Of a stretch of DNA of 32,000 bases, positions 1 through 9,680 are shown one piece after another (the stretch's first letter is position 1; the number at the start of each line of letters is the position of its first letter). The position numbers and the translations under genes are program-made. The stretch is taken from positions 210,001-242,000 of the forward strand of contig NZ_CP053627.1 in the NCBI RefSeq assembly GCF_013177435.1. Direction: 5' to 3'. The notes beneath the pieces were generated by a model. The model searched no databases and had not been told where the DNA came from. It saw only the letters and a program-made list of their open reading frames with translations. The DNA comes from Xylella taiwanensis. GTDB taxonomy: Bacteria > Pseudomonadota > Gammaproteobacteria > Xanthomonadales > Xanthomonadaceae.

Positions 1-650
1 TCGGGACGACCGGCACGACCGGCTGGTACCAATTGCTTGATCGTTTCCGAGGTAAATGTTTTCCCCGTCATCTCACCCTCAATCACACCTGGTGCGACTA
101 CGTTAACGGTGATGCCGCGATTAGCCATCTCACGGGCCAGTGAGCGTACTGCACCGTGCAACCCGGCTTTGGCTGCTGCGTAGTTGGTCTGTCCACGGTT
201 TCCCAAAACCGCCGTGACAGATGATACGCAGACAATGCGTCCCCAACGGGTACGCGCCATCGGTAGCAGCAATGGTTGGGTTACGTTGAAAAAGCCGTGC
301 AAAGACACATCAATGACACGATGCCATTGTGCGGATGACATCCCTGCCATTGGTGCGTCGTCGTGGATGCCTGCATTATTAATGATTACTTGAATTGGGC
401 TGGTCTGTAACAGTTTTTCCAGTGTTGGTGTGCTGGTTTGTGTAGTGGTTACGTCGAAAACGATTGCCTCAGCGCTACCGCCCTCGGCACACAAGTGTTC
501 CACCAGCGCATCAGCGCGGGACCGATGGCGGTTGGCATGGACGATGACGTGCAGACCGTCTGCAACCAAGCGACGGCAGATGGCAGCACCCAAATCACCA
601 CTACCACCAGTCACTAGTGCGCGGCGTTTTGGAGAGTTATTAGCAGTCAT
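1..650 (-). CDS. Short-chain dehydrogenase/reductase, FabG-like 3-oxoacyl-ACP reductase (C-terminus runs off window edge)
   Basis: Absent from the ORF track because it is edge-truncated. My own minus-strand translation from ATG 650-648 gives MTANNSPKRRALVTGGSGDLGAAICRRLVADGLHVIVHAN... It has the TGxxxGxG Rossmann motif, the NNAG motif (IINNAGI) and the Ser...YxxxK catalytic set (SSVTAV...NYAAAKAG). The frame is open to position 1. Confidence 0.85.
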   Translation of the reverse strand, partial: MTANNSPKRRALVTGGSGDLGAAICRRLVADGLHVIVHANRHRSRADALVEHLCAEGGSAEAIVFDVTTTQTSTPTLEKLLQTSPIQVIINNAGIHDDAPMAGMSSAQWHRVIDVSLHGFFNVTQPLLLPMARTRWGRIVCVSSVTAVLGNRGQTNYAAAKAGLHGAVRSLAREMANRGITVNVVAPGVIEGEMTGKTFTSETIKQLVPAGRAGRP

Positions 651-762
651 AGATACATGCTCCAATTAAGGGGCGGGCCCAAAGTGTGATTGTTGCAAAG
701 GTTAGCTATCGTAAACTGAATTGCGGAGAAGCAGGCAGATAATCTGGGATTAGCAGGCGCAC

Positions 763-1543
763 TCAAACGTAGGTATATGTTTTCCTGCCAAGGTCAGGTA
801 TTCCTAACCAACGTTTGTCATGTTGTCGACTTCTCGTTGCATTTTCTTGGATGTACTGCGGTGTCGATGACTGACGATGAACTGTTAATGGATTTCCATG
901 ATGTTCTTCAGGATGACCAATGGAGACGAGGAACTTCTTCATGTTTCCTGGAGTTCCAAGAATTGTCTTGAGGTAACGGTACGTGAGCATCGTTTGTTCT
1001 TTGGAGAGTTTGTATCATTCATTATGTTTGGTGTAATTTCCAAGACCGCTTTGGTGATCCAAAGATTATTATGTGCCAGAGCCGTTTGGCCATTTGATAT
1101 TGTCTGTTCCAAGCTTGGCGGTGGGAAACTGATAATCCAGACGCAATGAGCACAATGATAGAGTCGATCATCGTCCAGGTGACTCAATGCAGCGTTCATT
1201 TTGTAGTAGTGGTTGTTGAGTTGAATTTGTGGAACTTGTCAGTGCTTGAGATAATTTTTATGGCACGCTGTTAATAAGTGTAAATCTGTAATGAACCAAT
1301 AAATATTTTTGCGAGCACCTCTTTTAGGAAAAAGCGCAATGCGCCAGAAATACATGAAGAGATCAAATATTGGACGGTACAAAGGAGGTTGTTGCTGATG
1401 TTGGAGATTGTCCAGAAGAAAACGGCCCTGGCTAAGGGGTGTTGCCTGTTCGATATGCCATCTTCGAGCTTCCAACGCTGGATATGGGCATGTGCTCGAT
1501 TAGAGAAAATTTCTAGGAAGATTTTGCGTAATACGAATGACAA
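763..1543 (-). pseudogene. Probable decayed gene of unknown function (one in-frame stop plus frameshift)
   Basis: Minus-strand ORFs 1239..1475 and 939..1199 share a frame. A single TGA (1241-1239) separates them, followed by 13 stop-free codons. ORF 763..990 continues in another frame with a 52-nt overlap, and 1271..1543 overlaps in the third frame. The segment is AT-rich. I do not recognise the product. Confidence 0.35.
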
Positions 1544-2549
1544 CTTAATGATTTAAATGATGAATTGATGATGAGACTGTGTTGGAAGCGGTGATATGTT
1601 AAAGCAAAGAGGCTCTCAGCTTAGCAAGGAAGGTTGATAGCCACCATTTGTAAGAAGATGGCGAAAGAATAAGTATTAACCCAGTGCCAATGGTAAAGCT
1701 ATATTAGTGTTTCAAAACCCTGCGGTGGATTATTTAATTATTACTAAGGGATGAATGTCGAATATGAAATTGACGGAATCAATGAAAGCATTGATCGAAG
1801 CGAAACTGTCATTAAGCTGGTGCCTAGTGACCAGTTGGAGAGGGATATTAGGAGTGACAGAGCAACTTGTGCATTAACCTGTTCGGTAATGTTTGTGTTG
1901 TTGCATGAGTGCATAGAGATAACGCTCAATGTTTTTTAATAGAGCAGAGGCTGATCATTCAAGATGCTGTGTTGGATCCTGTGCTGATGCTGTTCTTATC
2001 AACAGCATCACATCTAGTTATTTAATTTGTGTATAGAGATGCCTTGTTGCAGGTCTTCACTCCACAGCACGTCCGGTAGCAGAACAGCGGACGGCTTGTC
2101 TGGACACTCAATAAACGGTATGTATGCCGATACCACGTTAGAGAAAATCTTCATGCTGGTTGGATAATTAACGACGAGCCTAGTTTCTTTAATAACCACT
2201 GGTCACTACATCAGTTCCCAGACCCGAATCCAGGCATTTCTCTTTACAATCTCTCCATTCGGCAATCTGGCTTGTGTTAGGAAAGGTTGCAGCATTCACG
2301 GCTTGTATTATTGAAGCGAGCGTTTATTAGTCTACACCGGATATTCAGATCCCCAAGGTAGGTATTGACTAGTACTTAGTACTCTCTGTTGAGATGCGAG
2401 GTATGGATCAGCTTCAACCTGTCTATTTCGGCGAGTTTCGTGTGGGATATGTTGTTCGTTAGTTATTGGGAGAGGGCATTTACTTGCCTATGCAGCTATA
2501 ATTACAAACCTTCTTGTTATTTCTTGACGCCCAGCTGGGTGCGTTTCCG

Positions 2550-4154
2550 ATGTCTGAAATCGCTGCCGAAACAGCGCGCCGCCGCACCTTTGCCATTATT
2601 TCTCACCCTGATGCCGGGAAAACCACACTCACTGAGAAGCTACTGTTGTTCGGTGGTGCAATTCAGATGGCTGGTTCGGTCAAAAGCCGAAAGGCCGTCC
2701 GGCACGCGACCTCTGACTGGATGACGTTGGAAAAGGAGCGCGGTATCTCAGTCACATCTTCAGTGATGCAGTTCCCGTACGAGGGGAAGATCATTAATCT
2801 GCTTGACACTCCCGGCCACGCCGACTTCGGCGAGGACACTTACCGTGTACTGACCGCAGTGGATTCGGCACTGATGGTGATTGATGTCGCTAAAGGTGTG
2901 GAGGAACGGACTATCAAGTTGATGGAGGTGTGTCGGTTGCGCGATACCCCGATTATGACTTTCATCAATAAGCTTGACCGCGAAGGTAAGAACCCAATCG
3001 AGCTGCTAGATGAGGTTGAACACGTGCTCGGTATCCAGTGTGCGCCGGTGACCTGGCCTATCGGCATGGGACAACGCTTGAAGGGTGTGGTTCACTTACT
3101 GACGAATGAGGTTCACCTGTACGAGCCGGGTCGTAATTTCACCCGCCAGGATTCGATCATTTTTACGTCGCTGGAAGCTCCCGGTTTAGCTGAACGCATC
3201 GGCGAGCAAATGCTGGCTGATCTGCATGAAGAGCTCGCACTGATCCAGGGTGCCAGTCCCTGTTTTGATCCAATAGACTATCTTGCCGGCCGCCAGACTC
3301 CGGTTTTCTTTGGCTCGGGCGTGAATAATTTCGGTGTGCAGCCACTGCTGGATTTCTTCGTCGAACACGCCCCTACACCGCAGCAGCGCCGCACCGCCAG
3401 TCGTGTGGTATTGCCGACGGAAGAAAAATTGACCGGATTTGTATTTAAAATCCAAGCCAATATGGATCCGCAACACCGTGACCGCGTGGCGTTCATGCGG
3501 GTATGCTCGGGGCGTTTTGCGGCGGGCATGAAGGTTTTTCACGTGCGTAGCAGCAAAGATCTCAAGTTTGCTAATGCATTGACCTTCATGGCTTCGGATC
3601 GTGAGAGTGTTGCAGAAGCCTTCCCTGGCGACGTGATTGGCATTCACAACCACGGTAGGATCTCCATTGGTGATACTTTCACCGAAGGTGAGGTGCTGTC
3701 GTTTACTGGTATTCCGAACTTTGCTCCAGAATTGTTCCGCCGTGCCCGCTTGGGCGATCCGCTTAAGCTCAAGCAACTTCAAAAGGGGCTGACTCAACTT
3801 TCAGAGGAAGGAGCTACGCAGTTCTTCCGCCCACTGATGAGTAACGATTTGATCTTGGGTGCGGTAGGCATGCTGCAGTTCGACGTAGTTGCCTATCGAC
3901 TTAAGAACGAGTATGGCGTAGATGCCACCTTCGAACCCGTCAGCATTACCACCGCGCGTTGGGTGCATTGTGATAACTCAAAGACATTGGAGGAATTTCG
4001 CGAGAAGAACGTAACGCACTTGGCCGTGGACGCTTCAGGAAGGTTAGTTTACTTGGCACCAACCCGGGTCAACCTACAGTTAGCACAGGAACGTGCGCCA
4101 GATATACACTTCTTTGCCACTCGCGAGCATGCCTATGCTGTAGTAGTTGATTGA
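2550..4154 (+). CDS. prfC: Peptide chain release factor 3 (RF3 GTPase)
   Basis: Track ORF 2514..4154, trimmed to ATG 2550 ([26 protein letters not shown]...). GTPase motifs are G1 [10 protein letters not shown]3 DTPGH and G4 NKLD. Length (~534 aa) and overall sequence are collinear with the RF3 family. Confidence 0.95.
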   Translation: MSEIAAETARRRTFAIISHPDAGKTTLTEKLLLFGGAIQMAGSVKSRKAVRHATSDWMTLEKERGISVTSSVMQFPYEGKIINLLDTPGHADFGEDTYRVLTAVDSALMVIDVAKGVEERTIKLMEVCRLRDTPIMTFINKLDREGKNPIELLDEVEHVLGIQCAPVTWPIGMGQRLKGVVHLLTNEVHLYEPGRNFTRQDSIIFTSLEAPGLAERIGEQMLADLHEELALIQGASPCFDPIDYLAGRQTPVFFGSGVNNFGVQPLLDFFVEHAPTPQQRRTASRVVLPTEEKLTGFVFKIQANMDPQHRDRVAFMRVCSGRFAAGMKVFHVRSSKDLKFANALTFMASDRESVAEAFPGDVIGIHNHGRISIGDTFTEGEVLSFTGIPNFAPELFRRARLGDPLKLKQLQKGLTQLSEEGATQFFRPLMSNDLILGAVGMLQFDVVAYRLKNEYGVDATFEPVSITTARWVHCDNSKTLEEFREKNVTHLAVDASGRLVYLAPTRVNLQLAQERAPDIHFFATREHAYAVVVD

Positions 4155-4234
4155 GTACGATTTGAGTCATAACCAAATCCGATGCTGCCAACATAAGCAA
4201 ATGTGAACTATTCGCGTTACTGTAGCCTATCGTT

Positions 4235-4879
4235 ATGAATGCTGATGCTTCCTCCTCTATCGACTTACGCGACGAGTTTGCCAGTGCCATCATCCATGGT
4301 TTAGGCGCAGTAGCTACACTGGCGGGCGGATCTGTACTCATTACCTTGGCTGCAATCTATGGCGATAGATGGCAGTTAGCGACATCAATTGTGTTCAGCA
4401 TCACTCTATTTTTATTGTATGTGGCTTCGACCCTGTATCACGCAATCCCACATCCTGGCGCCAAAGCCAGGTTGCGAATTTTCGATCATTGCGCAATCTA
4501 CCTGCTGATTGCTGGCACTTACACCCCGTTCACCCTGATCAGTCTACGTGGTCCGTGGGGTTGGAGCCTGTTCGCCGCAATCTGGATTCTGGCGTTGAGT
4601 GGAGTGGTGTTCAAGCTCTTCTTTACCAAGCGTTTCCGCCTACTGTCGACAATCATCTACGTTGTCATGGGTTGGCTGGTAGTCATCGCAGTCGGACCGT
4701 TGCGACGCTTACTTGATGGTTGGACGCTGAGTTGGTTACTCGCTGGTGGGTTGCTCTACACACTTGGCACCTACTTTTACCATCGTGATGAGGTGCGCTA
4801 CTTCCATGCGATCTGGCACGTATTCGTGCTTGCCGGGAGCGTTTGCCACTTTATTGCAGTAGCTGCGCAGGTCCTATGA
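4235..4879 (+). CDS. Hemolysin III / PAQR family membrane protein (YqfA-like)
   Basis: 214 aa with multiple hydrophobic helices. Family His motifs are present: STLYHAIPH, DHCAIYLLIAGTYTPF, YFHAIWHVFVLAGSVCHF. Confidence 0.9.
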   Translation: MNADASSSIDLRDEFASAIIHGLGAVATLAGGSVLITLAAIYGDRWQLATSIVFSITLFLLYVASTLYHAIPHPGAKARLRIFDHCAIYLLIAGTYTPFTLISLRGPWGWSLFAAIWILALSGVVFKLFFTKRFRLLSTIIYVVMGWLVVIAVGPLRRLLDGWTLSWLLAGGLLYTLGTYFYHRDEVRYFHAIWHVFVLAGSVCHFIAVAAQVL

Positions 4880-5155
4880 GATCGGAGGGCTTGAGGGCCT
4901 GCGGGGTTTAATTCCTCCTGCTTCGGAGGTAGTGCCTTGCGATTGAATGTGGTGGCTGAGTTGCTCAACTACTGTATGCGTCAAGCTACCGATCGATAAC
5001 AAACAGTTTGAAGGTCAGATCGTACTGAACCGTCTGTAAATGTTGGGAGCGCTATCAATTGTGATAGCGAAGTAGATCGAAGTAGCGAAATCACATCAAA
5101 TGTTTCGAAGTGCTTTGAAGCCCGACAAAACAGGCAAATCAGCGTAAACAGGTAC

Positions 5156-5550
5156 TCAGTACCGGATACATTGTTCGCTTGTATTCACCCCAAAGCTGCG
5201 ACATTGAGAGGGGGTTGCGTTGAAACCAACATCAGTACCTGCTGCCATGCTTAATGGCGTTCGTAGGTACGATCCATGTATCACGTGATTGATCCTGCAG
5301 TCATTGGAGCAGGGAACCCAACAAGCGATCCGTTGCTGGGTCAGCAGTTGCTTTGCCTTGGTAAGAATCAGAAATTCAGGCTCCAGCGGATATTCGTAAA
5401 ACCCGATCGATGTTGGTGATTCATTCCACACACGACTTTAAGATGGGCAGTGGGCTGTTTTTTAAGCGCCGGTTGCCATTTGGAATATAGGTGTTCTTCG
5501 ATTCTACAGCTTTGAGTCAGATACGTATCACATGCTGGCCTTGTATCCAT
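5156..5550 (-). pseudogene. Possible frameshifted gene remnant (unknown Cys-rich product) downstream of the GT2 gene
   Basis: Two same-strand ORFs in different frames (5368..5550 and 5156..5431) overlap by 64 nt, starting 48 nt downstream of the GT2 stop. Joined, they would give about 130 aa. I recognise no family. Confidence 0.3.
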
Positions 5551-5597
5551 TCAGAGTGCCCCAATTCTTTAATTGTTTTATGAGTCACAATAGTATT

Positions 5598-6611
5598 TCA
5601 ATGTTGTTCACATTCAACGATTGAAGTGGTGTTCTGATGAATCGCTTCATCAATAACTTGCTGTGGCCAGGATCCTGCTCTGCTTGCCACAGTATCGACG
5701 AAGTAAAGTGGGCGCCTTTTGGATTCGTCGTAAAGCCGTCCCAGGTATTCGCCGATGAGGCCTAGTGCGATCAATTGTACCCCTCCTAAAAGTAAGATGA
5801 CCGCCATCATTGTTGGCCAACCGGGTACTCGATCGCCGAGAATAAGTGCTTTGAGCACGATCCAGGCGCCGTAGGTAAAAGCGAACGCAGCGGTTACCAG
5901 CCCCAGGTAGGTGGTTACCCGTAAGGGTGCGGTGGAGAAACTGGTGATACCTTCTAAGGCAAAGTTCCAAAGTCGCCAGAAGGTGAACTTGCTGTGCCCA
6001 GCCAGACGTGGCTCACGTCGGTACGGTAGTGCGATCTGACGGAAGCCGACCCAGCCGAATAGTCCCTTCATGAAACGGTGGCGTTCGCGTATTTGACGCA
6101 ATGCCTGTAATGCGCGTGGTGAAAGCAGGCGGAAATCGCCTGTGTCGGTGGGAATCGGGGTAGGGGATAGGTGCCCGATCATCCGGTAAAACGATGCTGC
6201 TAAGAAACGCTTTATCAGCCCCTCACCTTCCCTTTTCAGGCGAGTACCGTAGACGTTATCGTAACCAGCGCGCCAACGTGCGACGAACTGTGGAATGAGC
6301 TCTGGAGGATCCTGCCCATCTGCATCCAGAAGCACTACTGCGCCAAATGGTGTGTTGTCCAGACCGGCAGTGATAGCAATTTCCTTGCCGAAGTTACGTG
6401 AAAGCCTGATTCCTCCGGCACGTGGATCAGTGACTACTAATGCTTGAATGATGTTCCATGTTTGATCGCTGCTACCATCGTCAACATACAGCACACGCCC
6501 ATCAAGTTCTGGAAGGGCGTTCAATGCAGCGACGACGCGTAGGTGCAACAGAGGTAGAGTTTGCGCCTCGTTGTAGGCGGGAACCACAACAGTGAGGGAT
6601 TCTCGATTCAT
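5598..6611 (-). CDS. Family 2 glycosyltransferase, polyprenyl-phosphate sugar transferase type (GtrB/ArnC/DPM1-like)
   Basis: 337 aa. N-terminal GT-A fold motifs VVVPAYNE, YVDDGSSD and DxD (LLDADGQD). Two C-terminal TM helices (LGLVTAAFAFTYGAWIVL; MMAVILLLGGVQLIALGLIGEYLGR), as is typical of GtrB/ArnC. Confidence 0.85.
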   Translation of the reverse strand: MNRESLTVVVPAYNEAQTLPLLHLRVVAALNALPELDGRVLYVDDGSSDQTWNIIQALVVTDPRAGGIRLSRNFGKEIAITAGLDNTPFGAVVLLDADGQDPPELIPQFVARWRAGYDNVYGTRLKREGEGLIKRFLAASFYRMIGHLSPTPIPTDTGDFRLLSPRALQALRQIRERHRFMKGLFGWVGFRQIALPYRREPRLAGHSKFTFWRLWNFALEGITSFSTAPLRVTTYLGLVTAAFAFTYGAWIVLKALILGDRVPGWPTMMAVILLLGGVQLIALGLIGEYLGRLYDESKRRPLYFVDTVASRAGSWPQQVIDEAIHQNTTSIVECEQH

Positions 6612-7789
6612 ATCGCTGTATGGTACGGGTGCAGAACGATCGTTAGCTACTGCTAGTGTGGTGAAAATGTTCCATCCTATCCTCTTTCAAATCCGATTAG
6701 CGTGACAGCACCAACCGTCAGTGCTTTGTGTAGAGATCGTGCTATGAACATCACGTACCCGTAGGATCAGTGTCCGCTGCTGCATGTGGTGCGTTGACGG
6801 ATCATGTTCCAACCCTTGGCTCGTTTAAGACAGATGCGTCCTTAAATGACTTTGCAGTAGCTGCAAAGTGATCAGCAACAACACTGTGTGTTGGCTGCGT
6901 CATGTGTTTCGCCAAGTTTCGGTTGCACGTTTTGGTGTGTCCAGACTGGGAGCCAAGCATCAGAAATAGTAACTCGATCTGGGACGGGATAATGGCTTTC
7001 TGATATTGATACGTTAAATTCGCTGGCCAGCTTGGCATTATCCATTGCTTATGTTTGCGTAGTGGTATCGCGATCTTCCAAAGTACACCGGTCTTCACAT
7101 TGAACCGCTTGTTGATCGCTTGATATTTCAACATGGTCCCAGTCCTGGATTTCATACCTATCTAGCAGATTTTTGGCATCGTCCACATTGCCACTCGTGC
7201 CAAGCACGATGTGAGTCAGTCAGTAGGCATCGTCAATACCTAAGCACCATTACTGCTCCGTAGAATCACTGGAGAGTACTGGTTGTTGGTGTTCCTGATT
7301 CGGCTGTGCCTGATAATCACTATTCCATCAGCTACTGGGCTTGGTTTGATTTGTCCCATTGGGTTGACGCAATGTGCTGGATTTTCAGGTAATGCTCCAA
7401 AATACGCGACAGAATCGTAAAGGTGGAACGCTCTACTCGGGGAGGACTAGTCTAGTGAAATCACCAATGTACTCACCAAACAGTTGCCCCTCTTTCCATC
7501 AGTGACGCTGAGTGACTAAGGATACGAAGCATCGTCTGCGCTGCTTGTGATGGACGATTCAGCAGAGCGGGTAACACCCGTGCCTCAAGTTGCGACGGTG
7601 GTGTCGTGTGCTCCATCCTATTGGGAAACGTGTGCTGCTGAGCGTGCTTTACTGCAGCTTTAAGGACTAGGTTGTGTTGCTTCATGCTTCTGATCATCTT
7701 CTTACTTCAGAATCCTGACAAGCTAAAAGTATGTCGAGGATCTTTAAGATGCTAGACGACAGCGGCCTGGAAACTGGTGATTCCAGTTG

Positions 7790-8572
7790 TCAAGTGGGTG
7801 TGATTTTCAACCCAAACAATCGTTCCGTATTGGCGCTAGTCACTTTGGATATTTCGGTACGATCCTGTTTGCGTAACGTTGCGATGTAGTCCAAGATCGC
7901 CGGCAGACGCCCTGGTTCGTTGCGTTGTCCACGGATCTCGCTGTCTGGTTGGTAAGGTGCATCCGTCTCCAGCAACAGATAATCCAATGGTATCTCCACC
8001 GCCAATCGGTGCAAACGATTAGCACGTGTGTAGGTCAGAGCCCCTCCCAAGCTGATCATGAAGCCTAGCTTCCAGAGTTGTCGTGCCTGCTCTACGCTAC
8101 CGGAGAAGCTATGTATGACGCCACGCAGTTTTCCTACCGTCTTGATCGAGGTGATGACTTGTTCGACCGCATGCCGAGCATGCACGATCACCGGCAATGC
8201 GTACTCTCGGGAAAGGATCAGTTGACTGATGAAGTAAGTGTGCTGCAGCTGCGTGTTCAGCCCCTGCAAGTGGAAGTCTAGGCCGCATTCGCCAATTGCG
8301 CAGGGGCGCTCGCGTTCAACCCAGTCTCGCAATGCATGTAGGTGCGTTGGGTGATGTTCTGTCAGGAAGATAGGGTGCAGCCCGTAGGCTGGATATAGTC
8401 CTTGTGTTTGCGTGCAAATTGTCCGTAGCTTCGGCCATTTGGCTGCGGTGACTGCTGGTATCACTTGCGCGATGACTCCGGCAGCCTGGGCACGTGCAAT
8501 TATCTCGGTACGGTCGCTATCGAATTCGTCCGCATCCAGATGGCAGTGGCTGTCAATCAATACGACACTCAT
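7790..8572 (-). CDS. TatD-family metal-dependent hydrolase/DNase
   Basis: Track ORF 7790..8620, trimmed to ATG 8572 (MSVVLIDSHCHLD...). It has the HxH motif DSHCHLD, GECGLDF, VIVHAR, GVIHSFSG and LLLETDAPY. Confidence 0.9.
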   Translation of the reverse strand: MSVVLIDSHCHLDADEFDSDRTEIIARAQAAGVIAQVIPAVTAAKWPKLRTICTQTQGLYPAYGLHPIFLTEHHPTHLHALRDWVERERPCAIGECGLDFHLQGLNTQLQHTYFISQLILSREYALPVIVHARHAVEQVITSIKTVGKLRGVIHSFSGSVEQARQLWKLGFMISLGGALTYTRANRLHRLAVEIPLDYLLLETDAPYQPDSEIRGQRNEPGRLPAILDYIATLRKQDRTEISKVTSANTERLFGLKITPT

Positions 8573-8909
8573 CGTGTTGGTAGGGTCAGATGCAGGCGGT
8601 TTACATTCTGCTGACAGCAATGCGACGAGAAATAATCGCTGCGTTGTTCAGCAGCGCCAAATTAGGTGGGATGAAATTCAATCGTAAGCATAAATAGGGT
8701 CGAGTTAATCTGGGTTACAGAAGGCTAAGCACAGTGAGATGTAAAAAGTGAACAGATGCTGTCATTCGTATGATCGGTGTATCACGATCCAAGATGAGTA
8801 ATCGCTGAATTTAACATTGGAGACACAGAAATCCACACCTATTCGTTCAGGTTCATCGTGCTGCAATGCCACTGTGAACTAAGTAGGCTAGGTGCCGCAG
8901 GAATATTTT

Positions 8910-9680
8910 ATGAACAATCAGACGAGGATGGTTTTAGTAGCTTTGGGAGCACTGTTAATAGGTGGAGTAGCGACAGCTGCTTTCATGAATACCCGTAGCC
9001 ACGATGCTGGTTATATGGTGAATGGACATTCAGACAATCGCACGGGACTTGAGTATGCCGACGTCATACGCGTTGATACGATTACTGAGAAAAAGACGGT
9101 GTATGGCCAAGTGGTGTCAGTCGATCCGATTCGTGACACCACCACGATGACGGCACCGCGAGAGATATGCCGTGATGTGATGGTGCAGCAGCGTCTCCCT
9201 GAGCGTGATGGCAACGTTGGTGGTACAGCACTTGGTGCATTGATTGGCGGTTTGGTTGGCAATCAATTTGGTCGTGGTAACGGTCGCAAGGCATTAACCG
9301 CTGCGGGTGCGGTCGCTGGCGGCTTCATTGGTAATGAGGTGGATCGCGAGCATGTTGGCGGACGTGTGGTAGAGCGCACCGAGCGCCGGTGTCATTCTGA
9401 GAATTCTACGGTCCAATCGAGCCATGTCAGTGGCTACAGCGTGACCTATCGTAAGGATGACGGTACTACGGGGACGCTACGTATGAGCAGTAAGCCGGGA
9501 GATCGCGTCGAGCTTGGCCAGGCAGACAATGTGGTGGGTTACGACGTGACCTATCGCTACGATGGTCAGGAGAGGACAGTGCGTCTGAATGAAAAACCAA
9601 TTGGCAATCACCTGCCGCTGGTGGATGGGCAGTTAGTTAACCAGACTACAGCTACGACGAGCCATTCCGTCAATCTTTGA
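8910..9680 (+). CDS. YcfJ-like glycine-zipper 2TM domain protein (Rick_17kDa_Anti/SlyB-like), with duplicated C-terminal module
   Basis: The track ORF starts at GTG 8892. ATG 8910 has AGGA 7 nt upstream. An N-terminal TM/signal segment is followed by YGQVVSVDPIRD...REICRDVMVQQR...GTALGALIGGLVGNQFGRGNGRKALTAAGAVAGGFIGNEV. This is collinear with E. coli YcfJ as I remember it. Confidence 0.85.
   Translation: MNNQTRMVLVALGALLIGGVATAAFMNTRSHDAGYMVNGHSDNRTGLEYADVIRVDTITEKKTVYGQVVSVDPIRDTTTMTAPREICRDVMVQQRLPERDGNVGGTALGALIGGLVGNQFGRGNGRKALTAAGAVAGGFIGNEVDREHVGGRVVERTERRCHSENSTVQSSHVSGYSVTYRKDDGTTGTLRMSSKPGDRVELGQADNVVGYDVTYRYDGQERTVRLNEKPIGNHLPLVDGQLVNQTTATTSHSVNL

Noticed and set aside
3186-3797. 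Long antisense or overlapping ORFs inside confident genes (3186..3797 in prfC; 11151..11552 opposite the H1-like gene; 14480..14851 in gcvT; 15958..16697 in the SPFH gene; 18376..18860 in cysQ; 19795..20136 and 20707..21100 in bioA; 24089..24701 in rhlE; 29019..29342 in the acyltransferase)
   Set aside because: These are shadow ORFs produced by codon bias on the opposite strand. Their products are low-complexity (Arg/Ser/Pro- or Phe/Leu-rich) and show no family resemblance, while the overlapping genes carry complete motif sets.
5050-5085. Perfect 8-bp inverted repeat cgctatca-attg-tgatagcg (5050-5069) followed by the direct repeat cgaagtag at 5068-5075 and 5078-5085, between convergent genes
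   Set aside because: There is no flanking T-run in either direction, so it is not a convincing terminator. It is a single occurrence, and I have no basis for assigning a function.
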